The position numbers and the translations under genes are program-made. A model generated the notes under the pieces. That model did no database searches and was not told where the DNA came from. It saw nothing but the letters and a program-made list of their open reading frames with translations. DNA of 64,000 nt from an uncultured bacterium (lineage in GTDB: Bacteria; Zhuqueibacterota; QNDG01; DTFT01), in the NCBI GenBank assembly GCA_963736115.1, contig CAVTNR010000022.1, forward strand, positions 32,001 through 96,000. Reading direction: 5' to 3'. Each line of letters begins with the position of its first letter. Positions within the stretch are counted from its first letter, which is position 1. This document shows positions 56,886-64,000 of the stretch, piece by piece.

Positions 56886-57680
56886 ATGGCGCTCGATTTT
56901 TCCCCCATGAAGAAGTTGGCGGAAGGTAAGACCAAGATCATCTATGAGAATCCGGCGGATCCGAAGACCGTGTACATGGTCTTCAAGGACGACATCACGG
57001 CCGGCGACGGCGTCAAGCACGATGTCATTCGCGGCAAGGCGTCCGTCGATTGGCGGACCAACCGCGACATCTATGAATACCTGAACCGGAAAGGCGTTAA
57101 AACACACTACCTGTCCAGTCCTGAGGAAAAAGTCGCTTTGGTCCGCAGACTCGACTTCAAGATCAACCTAGAGGTGGTGTCGCGCCGCGTGGCCGCGGGT
57201 TCCATCCTGAAATGGGGGAAGGCGTCTGAAGGCGACCGGTTCGACCCGCCGGTCACCCAGTTCCACTACAAGGACGACCCCCTTCACGACCCCATGCTCG
57301 ACGAATCATACGTTGAATTCATCATCCGGAACAAGCAGGGCGGGGAGTGGTACGCTCAAATGCGCGAACGGAACACGCAGGTTCTGCTCGTGCTCGAAAA
57401 GGCTTTCGCCGCATTCGATCTCCAGCTCGTGGACATGAAACTGGAGTACGGACTGATCGGTGGAGAGGTGCTCGTGATCGACGAGATTACGGGCGGCTCG
57501 TTCCGGCTGTGGCCCTATAGTAAGCCGAATCCCGATCTGAGTAAGGGAAACGTCCTGTCGGAGCTGGATCCGTCCGGCCGGCTGGACAAGGACACCTACC
57601 GCATGGGCGGCGCCCTGGACCAAGTGCAGTCGAAGTTCGAGAGGATAGCTGAAATTACGGGGAAATTTAATGAATTGTAG
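56886..57680 (+). CDS. purC: SAICAR synthetase
   Basis: EGKTKIIY, FKDDITAGDG, LEVV.RR.AAGS, YKDD.LHDP, LVDMKLEYG, DEI, LDKD.YR. Confidence 0.93.
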   Translation: MALDFSPMKKLAEGKTKIIYENPADPKTVYMVFKDDITAGDGVKHDVIRGKASVDWRTNRDIYEYLNRKGVKTHYLSSPEEKVALVRRLDFKINLEVVSRRVAAGSILKWGKASEGDRFDPPVTQFHYKDDPLHDPMLDESYVEFIIRNKQGGEWYAQMRERNTQVLLVLEKAFAAFDLQLVDMKLEYGLIGGEVLVIDEITGGSFRLWPYSKPNPDLSKGNVLSELDPSGRLDKDTYRMGGALDQVQSKFERIAEITGKFNEL

Positions 57681-57689
57681 AAAACTCTC

Positions 57690-57750
57690 GTTCCGGGTTT
57701 CGAGTTTCGGGTTCCGAGTTGACAATTATTTCTGACCCGGAACGTGGAAT
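57690..57750. repeat. Inverted heptamer-array hairpin, RGTTCCG type (short right arm)
   Basis: GTTCCGGGTTTCGAGTTTCGGGTTCCGAGTT...ACCCGGAACGTGGAAT. Confidence 0.75.
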
Positions 57751-57793
57751 TCACCCCTCAGGGTTTCATTGATGAAACTTCGGAAATCAACAT

Positions 57794-57896
57794 GTCCGAA
57801 AGCCTCGCCTGCTTCGCAGGCTCGGCATTTCGGACCTACAACTTGAGACTTCTGAAAAATTGACGAATCCCCGGTAGCCGCGAGCTTTAGCTCGCG
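57794..57896. repeat. GTAG-type REP-like palindromes
   Basis: GTCCGAAA...TTTCGGACCTAC (GTAG on the minus strand) and GTAGCCGCGAGCTTTAGCTCGCG. Confidence 0.55.
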
Positions 57897-58008
57897 CCAA
57901 ATCGAATTTTCCCGAGACGGGAGATGCCTGGAATCGCCAATTCCCCTGATTTTTCAGAAGTTTGAACTTGAAATGGAGCGGTCGACAAAACGCAGCTGGA
58001 GGGTTACG

Positions 58009-58972
58009 ATGATAAAGGAACTCAAATCCGCCACACTCGACACCCGGGCGTTCATCAAAACACAGGTGACGCAAATCGCGGAGACCGTGGGCGACGGCAC
58101 GGCCATCAACGCGCTGTCCGGAGGCGTGGACTCCTCCGTGGTCACTCTGCTGGGCCATCGGGCGCTGGGAAAGCGGCTCCGCACCGTATTCGTGGAGAAC
58201 GGCATCATGCGCGAGGGCGAGGCCGGCCGCGTGAAATCGATGTTCGCGAAGCTGGGCGTCAAGGTCGAGGTCGTGGACGCGAAGGACGAGTTCTTCGCCG
58301 CCCTGAAGGGCATCACGGACCCGAGGAGAAGCGCGAGGCCATCACGCAGACGTTCTACAAGCATGTGTTCGGCCGCATCGTCCGGGAGAGCGGCAGCCCG
58401 TTTTCTGCTGCAGGGCACCATTCTGACCGATGTCGACGAGACCGTGGCCGGCATCAAGCGCCAGCACAACGTGTTCGAACAGCTCGGCATCGACCCTCAG
58501 GAGACCTTCGGGTACCGCATTCTGGAGCCGTTGATCCAGTTGCGCAAGGACGGCGTCCGGAAGGTCGGGAAGGCAGCTGGGCCTGCCCGTCGAATCGTTC
58601 AAGCGCATTCCGTTCCCAGGGCCCGCGCTCGCGGCACGCGTGATCGGCGAGGCCACGCCGGAGCGCATCGACACCGTCCGAAAAGCCACGGTGATCGTCG
58701 AAAAGGCGCTGTGCCGGACGAAGGCCTTTCAGTACATGGCCATTCTGCATGCGGACCGCGTGACCGGCATGCGGGACAATAAAAGGGAGTTCGGACAGCA
58801 GATCGAGATCCGGTGCTGGGACAGTCTGGACGCGCGCAAGGCCAAACCGACACGCCTGCCGTTCGCGGTTCTCGAAAAGCTGGCGAACGACATCACCCGC
58901 AAGGTGCCGGGCGTGGTCAGCGTGACTTACAATATCGCCACCAAGCCGCCGTCGACGATGGAAGCGGTTTAA
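58009..58972 (+). CDS. guaAB: GMP synthase ATP-pyrophosphatase subunit B (three apparent single-base indels)
   Basis: PP-loop ALSGGVDSSV, LLQGTI, IKRQHNV, EPL..LRKD.VR, PFPGPALAARV, YNIATKPPSTME. No GATase domain. Frame changes near 58324, 58395 and 58576. Confidence 0.85.
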
Positions 58973-58977
58973 AAAAA

Positions 58978-59077
58978 AGTTCATAGTTCATGGTTCATAG
59001 TTCATTGTTAAAAGAGAAAGCTTGAGGCGCCAAAATCCCGTTTTTAACCATGAACCATGAACTATGAACCATGAACT
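58978..59077. repeat. Inverted heptamer-array hairpin, RGTTCAT type, copy 6
   Basis: AGTTCATAGTTCATGGTTCATAGTTCATTGTT...AACCATGAACCATGAACTATGAACCATGAACT. Confidence 0.92.
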
Positions 59078-59095
59078 TTCAGAAAGGGAGGCATC

Positions 59096-59689
59096 GTGAA
59101 GAGACGTTTTGTGTGTTTGCTGATTCTGTCCGCACTATCCGGATCCGCAGCCGCTCCGAAAGAGACGGTTACGTCCGAAAGAATGCGCCCCGTTCTCCTG
59201 GTCGTCGACGTGCAGAATCAGTATCTCCAATACATGGATCCCGCGGACAAGGGCATTGCAATGTGGGTCATTCCGTCCGTCATTCAGGCCTTCCGCGACG
59301 GCGGATTTCCGATCATCCGGGTGTATCATACGGATCCGCAGGCCGGACCGGCCCAGGGAACCGAGGCGTTCCAGTATCCGGCAGAGATCCCCGTCAGGCC
59401 GGACGATCCGATGGTGATTAAGAACTATCCGAGTGGATTCAAGAAAACAGGCCTGGAGAAGCTGATCCGCGAAAAGGGCTGCAACACGGTGTTTCTGTGC
59501 GGCCTGAGCTCCGTCGGATGCGTGCTCGCCACGTATGAGGCGGCCGTGGACCTCGATTTCACCGCCTTCCTGGTAAAGGACGGCCTCATGTGCCACAACG
59601 CGACCTTCACCAACACCATCGAGGATATATTCGACGCGGTCGGAACCGAGGCAGTGAAGGCGATGCTGGCAAATGCGGAGAAACCCTGA
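59096..59689 (+). CDS. Isochorismatase-family cysteine hydrolase with signal peptide
   Basis: LLVVDVQN, IKNYPSGF and GLSSVGCV give the Asp-Lys-Cys triad. Confidence 0.88.
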   Translation: MKRRFVCLLILSALSGSAAAPKETVTSERMRPVLLVVDVQNQYLQYMDPADKGIAMWVIPSVIQAFRDGGFPIIRVYHTDPQAGPAQGTEAFQYPAEIPVRPDDPMVIKNYPSGFKKTGLEKLIREKGCNTVFLCGLSSVGCVLATYEAAVDLDFTAFLVKDGLMCHNATFTNTIEDIFDAVGTEAVKAMLANAEKP

Positions 59690-59699
59690 GTAGCAAGGC

Positions 59700-59824
59700 A
59701 GTTCATGGTACAGCGAGAAAAAAGTTGATATTTCATTGTTTATAGTTCATAGTAAAAAGAAATATCAGAAAATCAGATTTTTCCATTTTTTTAACTATGA
59801 ACCATGAACTCTGAACTATGAACT
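59700..59824. repeat. Inverted heptamer-array hairpin, RGTTCAT type, copy 7
   Basis: Degenerate left arm AGTTGATATTTCATTGTTTATAGTTCATAGT; right arm AACTATGAACCATGAACTCTGAACTATGAACT. Confidence 0.85.
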
Positions 59825-59867
59825 TGACGACCCGAGACCAATCAGCCAAGAGGGATGGGCACCGGAG

Positions 59868-60713
59868 ATGTGTGAGTTTTGCCATCAGCACGGCGAGGGC
59901 CGGACGTGGTACCTGGAGGCAAAAAATTACTCCGAGGACATGCTTTCGGACCTGAAGCGCAGGCGTTTCATCGAGCGATTCTTCACCCCCAGGCACAGAA
60001 GGGCCCACGACGACCGGGAAGCGGCCAAGCTCAAAAAGCTCCCGCCGTTCATCCGATCCATGGTCACCGCGGGCCTCACCCGGCATCAGAAAAAAGAGCA
60101 TTTCGGACAGGTCGTCGCCATCGAGGAAGTCGAGCGCATTTTCGGGCTCGTCCAGTCCGTGGTTCGCGTGGCCTGCTACTGCCGGCACCTCACGCTGGGC
60201 CGGGAGCACCGGGCGTGCTACGGAGTCAGTCTCGGACCGGACGGCGGGGAAATGGCCGGCATTCTCCGCGGCCTGGACAAGAGCTTTCTGAACGGACCGA
60301 AATCCCCTGGCATCGAGACCGTACCGAAGGAGGAGGCCCTGGCCGCCATGCGCGAGCACGAGCGCGAGGGACTCTGCCACACGGTCTGGACGTTCCGTGC
60401 CCCTTTCATCGGCGGCATCTGCAACTGCGACCGCTCCGACTGCCTGGCCATGCGCTGGTCCGTCACGCACGGACTGCCGGTGATGTTCAGGGCCGAGACG
60501 ATCGCGGAAGTCGATCCGGACCTGTGCTCGGGATGCCGCGCCTGCATGCGGGTGTGCTCTTTCGGCGCCTTGTCGTACAGCGCAGCGGACCGGAAGGTGA
60601 AGGTCGATTTCAGCCGCTGTTACGGCTGCGGCGTGTGCCGTGCGGTTTGCCCCAAGGACGCCATCCGCCTGAAGGACAGGAAATCCGAGCCGGTGGCGGC
60701 AGGTTTATGGTGA
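59868..60713 (+). CDS. 4Fe-4S dicluster ferredoxin-domain protein
   Basis: MCEFC, CYCR, ICNCDRSDC, CSGCRACMRVC, CYGCGVCRAVCP. Confidence 0.9.
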   Translation: MCEFCHQHGEGRTWYLEAKNYSEDMLSDLKRRRFIERFFTPRHRRAHDDREAAKLKKLPPFIRSMVTAGLTRHQKKEHFGQVVAIEEVERIFGLVQSVVRVACYCRHLTLGREHRACYGVSLGPDGGEMAGILRGLDKSFLNGPKSPGIETVPKEEALAAMREHEREGLCHTVWTFRAPFIGGICNCDRSDCLAMRWSVTHGLPVMFRAETIAEVDPDLCSGCRACMRVCSFGALSYSAADRKVKVDFSRCYGCGVCRAVCPKDAIRLKDRKSEPVAAGLW

Positions 60714-60718
60714 AAAAA

Positions 60719-60826
60719 AGTTCATAGTTCATGGTTCATAGTTCATAGTTAAAAGAAGTATCGGAAAGTTTACTTGTTTTCTTTTTCAACTATGAACAAT
60801 GAACTATGAACCATGAACCTTGAACT
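60719..60826. repeat. Inverted heptamer-array hairpin, RGTTCAT type, copy 8
   Basis: AGTTCATAGTTCATGGTTCATAGTTCATAGTT...AACTATGAACAATGAACTATGAACCATGAACCTTGAACT. Confidence 0.92.
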
Positions 60827-60886
60827 GTATTCCAGCGGTTCGCCGCTATTCGTGAAGTTTCAACTAAAAAGAATCGGGACAGAGAA

Positions 60887-61912
60887 ATGACCGACCAACA
60901 ATGGCAGACGCTCCTCTCCGTCATCCGCGGCGAGAAGCCCGCGAAACCCGTGGCAGGGTTCATCATCGACTGCCCGTGGCTGCCGAACTGGTTCGGCATC
61001 GACATTCTCGACTACTTCACCAGCGAGGAGAAGTGGTTCGCGGCCAACCAAAAGGCCATCGAGACCTTCCCGGGCGCGATGTTCCTGCCCGGGTTCTGGT
61101 CCGAGTTCGGGATGTGCACCGAGCCCTCGGCCTTCGGCGCGAAAAGCATCTTTCACCGGAACGAGTTCCCGTTCGCGGAAAAGGCCGTTCTGGGCATGGA
61201 GGACATGGGCCGGATCACGGAGCCGGATCCGAGGACGGACGGCCTGCTCCCGTTCATGCTGAACCGGCTGAGGGGCGCCGAGCTCCGCATCCGGGACATG
61301 GGTCACCGCATCCGCTTCTCCGTGTCCCGGGGCCCGCTGAACATCGCGACCTTTCTGATGGGCACCACGGAGTTCCTCACGGCCATCCGCATGATGCCCG
61401 ACGAGTCGCACAAGATGCTCCGCATCATCAACCGCTTCCTCATCCGGTGGCACGAGGTTCAGCGTGAAGCCTTTCCGGACATAGACGGCATGCTGGTGCT
61501 CGACGACATTGTGGGATTCATGAGCGGGGACGACTTCAAGGAGTTCGGCCTGCCGTATATGAAGGAACTTTTCGCGGCGGATGTTTCGGTGAAAATGTTC
61601 CATAATGACGCGGAATGCGAGGCGAGCGCGTCTTATTATCCGGAGATCGGGATCAATTTCTACAACCCCGGCATACAGACGCCCTACACGAAGCTGAAGG
61701 AACTGACCGGCAACAAGCTGGCGATTCTGGGTAACATTCCGCCCCGCGACGTGCTCGCGGCCGGTACGCCCGCGGACGTGACGGCCGCGGTCAGGAAGCT
61801 GGTCGCCGAGGCCGGGCCGAACCCGGAGAAGCTGGTGTTCTCCTGCGCGGGCGGCATGCCGCCGAATGTGAAGACCGAAAATATCAAAGCCTTCCTGGAG
61901 GCTTTGATATAA
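60887..61912 (+). CDS. Uroporphyrinogen decarboxylase / MtaA-like methyltransferase family protein
   Basis: EPSAFG, GPLNIA.FLMG, F.EF.LPY.K, ILGNIPP..VL..GTP, GG.PP....ENI.A. Confidence 0.85.
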   Translation: MTDQQWQTLLSVIRGEKPAKPVAGFIIDCPWLPNWFGIDILDYFTSEEKWFAANQKAIETFPGAMFLPGFWSEFGMCTEPSAFGAKSIFHRNEFPFAEKAVLGMEDMGRITEPDPRTDGLLPFMLNRLRGAELRIRDMGHRIRFSVSRGPLNIATFLMGTTEFLTAIRMMPDESHKMLRIINRFLIRWHEVQREAFPDIDGMLVLDDIVGFMSGDDFKEFGLPYMKELFAADVSVKMFHNDAECEASASYYPEIGINFYNPGIQTPYTKLKELTGNKLAILGNIPPRDVLAAGTPADVTAAVRKLVAEAGPNPEKLVFSCAGGMPPNVKTENIKAFLEALI

Positions 61913-61937
61913 CACATTCAATTGCGGGAAAAAGAAT

Positions 61938-61974
61938 AAAAAAAGCAACCTTCTTCAAGAGGGTTGCCTTTTTT
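61938..61974. terminator. Bidirectional intrinsic terminator
   Basis: AAAAAAAGCAACCTTC-ttcaa-GAGGGTTGCCTTTTTT between convergent genes. Confidence 0.75.
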
Positions 61975-61995
61975 ATAACGTCTTTTGGATTTACA

Positions 61996-63217
61996 TTATT
62001 TCGTCAGCCTGAGCAGGATTACGTCATGGGGCGCGACCGTCGCCTTGAACGGGACAGCGGTCGTTCCGGCGTCCCGGCCCGCCCACAGGTCGCGGAGCCG
62101 GAACGTTTCGGCCTTCGCGAAGTCCACGAAGGTGTGCGACATTCCGTCATTGACCGCGTCGGCCTTCCAGTCGTATTCCACCTTCCGGGGCGCCCCGCCG
62201 CGGTTGAAGAAGCAGAAGGCCAGGTCGCCCCTCATCAGCGGTTTCACCCACACCTCCAGATCCCCGCTTTTCATGAACCGGAAGCCCTGCACGCCGAGAG
62301 AGTCCTGGTCCACGGCGATCACCTCGCGGTTGGTGAGGATGCGGACCGTTTCAGGGGACATGCGCCGCAGGTCGTTCCCGGCCATCAGGGGCGCGGCCAG
62401 CATGCACCACAGGGTGAAATGGGTCTTGTCCTCGGTCGCGGTCATTCCGCCGTTCCCGACCTCCATCATGTCCGGGTCATTCCAGCGGCCCGGGTCCGGC
62501 GTACTGCCGGATGTCCTTCTGCAGGTCCACGATGCTCAGCATGCCCCATGAGGTCCAGGTGCCGTAATTGATGTCGCAGTCCCAGCAGTCGTGGATGTCC
62601 CCCGTGGTGCGCCAGAGATGCCCGACGTCGGCGCCCCACAGCCAGGGCTTGTTGTTGCCCCATTCGCAGAGGCTGAACACCACGGGCCGGCCCGCCGCGA
62701 ACAGTGCGTCGCGCATGGTCGTGTACGCCTCGGACGCGTCCATCTTTCCGGTGTTGCACCAGTCGTATTTGAGGTAGTCCACGCCCCATTGCGCGTAGGT
62801 GAGCGCGTCCTGATATTCGTGGCCGCGACTGCCCGGCCGTCCGCCGCAGGTTTGGGCGCCTGCGCAGGAATAGATGCCGAATTTCAGGCCGCGTTCGTGG
62901 ATGTAGTCGGACAGGGCTCTCATTCCGGACGGGAATCGGACCGGGTCGGGATGGATGAAGCCCAGGGAGTCGCGAGAGCCGTGCCAGCAGTCGTCGATAA
63001 CCAGGTACCGGTACCCGGCATCTCGCATGCCGCTCGAGACCATGGCATCCGCGGTCTGCCGCATCAGGGACTCATTGATGTCGCAGGCGAAACGGTTCCA
63101 GCTGTTCCATCCCATGGGCGGCGTGAGAGCGAGGTCCTTGAATTTCTGCCCGGAGGCGGGGAATGCGGCGAGCAGAAGGCATGCGGCCCAGAATCCGGTG
63201 AAGGCGTATTTTTTCAT
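61996..63217 (-). CDS. GH27 alpha-galactosidase (one frameshift near 62490)
   Basis: TPPMGWNSWN, IDDCW, DYLKYDWC, WRTTGDI; WNDPDMMEVG and HFTLWCMLAAPL continue in the second frame. Confidence 0.92.
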
Positions 63218-63262
63218 TTCGGGAATCCTCCTCATTCTGAGACGTTTTCATCATCCGCGTTT

Positions 63263-64000
63263 TCAGAGCACTCTCAGCGGGGCTTCAAGGGTCACGGCCG
63301 AACTGCCGCCCAGCCGTATGGTGAAATCGCCCGGCTCCACATGGCGCTTCATGTCCATCCCGATGGCCTCGAGTTTCTCCGGCCCCACCTCGAAGCGGAT
63401 CGTGCGGGTCTCGCCCGGCTCCAGCCGCACCCTCGCTGAAATCCTTCAGCTCCATTACCGGCCGCGTCGGAATGCTGACCCGGTCGGTCACGTAGAGTTG
63501 AACGATTTCGTCTCCGGCGCGGTCTCCCGTGTTCGTCACCTCGACCGACGCCACGGCCCGGCCGTCAGCGGGAATTTCAGAAGGTTCGACCGAAAGGTTC
63601 CGGTACTCGAAAGTCGTGTACGAGAGGCCGTGTCCGAACGGATAGAGGGGGCCGTTGTCCGCGAGTACGTAAGCCCGGTGCATGGACGGCTTGCGGTTGT
63701 AATAGCAGGGCAGCTGGCCGACCGAACGCGGGAAAGTGACGGTGAGCTTGCCGGAAGGGGAGACCCGGCCGAACAGAAGGTCCGCGACCGCGTGGCCCGT
63801 TTCCTGGCCCAGGTACCAGCATTCCAGTATGGCCGGGGCTTTTTCTTGGAGCCGGTTGATCGTCAGAGGCCGTCCGTTGATGAGCACGATCACAGTCGGT
63901 TTTCCGAGCGCAATCACGGCTTCGGCCAGCGCGTTCTGCGATCCGACCAGATTCAGATCGTCCCGGTCGCCGAGATGGTTTTCGGCCCACGCCTCGCGGT
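63263..64000 (-). CDS. GH3 beta-glucosidase/xylosidase, C-terminal part (5' partial; frameshift near 63437)
   Basis: WYLGQETG.AVAD.LFG, PSGKLTVTFP, PLYPFGHGLSYTTF, GDEIVQLY, ELKDF; continues RVRLEPGETR...VEPGDF in another frame. Confidence 0.9.

Noticed and set aside
59071-59421. ORFs starting at ATGs inside heptamer arms (also 14871-15053 and 15130)
   Set aside because: The ATGs come from the ATGAAC repeat, and the products lack SD or homology support.

Overview
High-GC bacterial chromosomal segment. Five secreted proteins end in an 'N(Y/F/H)PNPFN' C-terminal sorting domain, which suggests an FCB-superphylum lineage such as KSB1/Calditrichota/Ignavibacteria (inference). Contents from left to right: an envelope operon with a degenerate pdxJ and an Rsb-type partner-switching module; a pilin near a PilGHI/Xap-like ABC system; a B12 radical SAM protein, a hybrid kinase, xth, PAP2, MATE and a sigma54-driven Hsp20; an EndoQ-like PHP/UvrD fusion; secreted proteins; an XylR-linked xylan/glycan cluster (GH43 x2, GH2, GH10, GH5); mntP, purC, a stand-alone GMP synthase B subunit, a URO-D-family protein, GH27 and a partial GH3. 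I saw no tRNA, rRNA, CRISPR array or transposase. The strongest signal is non-coding: ten intergenic hairpins built from inverted arrays of tandem heptamers (RGTTCAT or RGTTCCG), nine of them within about 12 nt of a stop codon. The stop-free variant also occurs in two homologous in-frame inserts inside the UvrD domain. A separate MITE shows an ATT duplication against an empty-site paralog in the window. Five genes carry single-base frameshifts that are probably sequencing errors.
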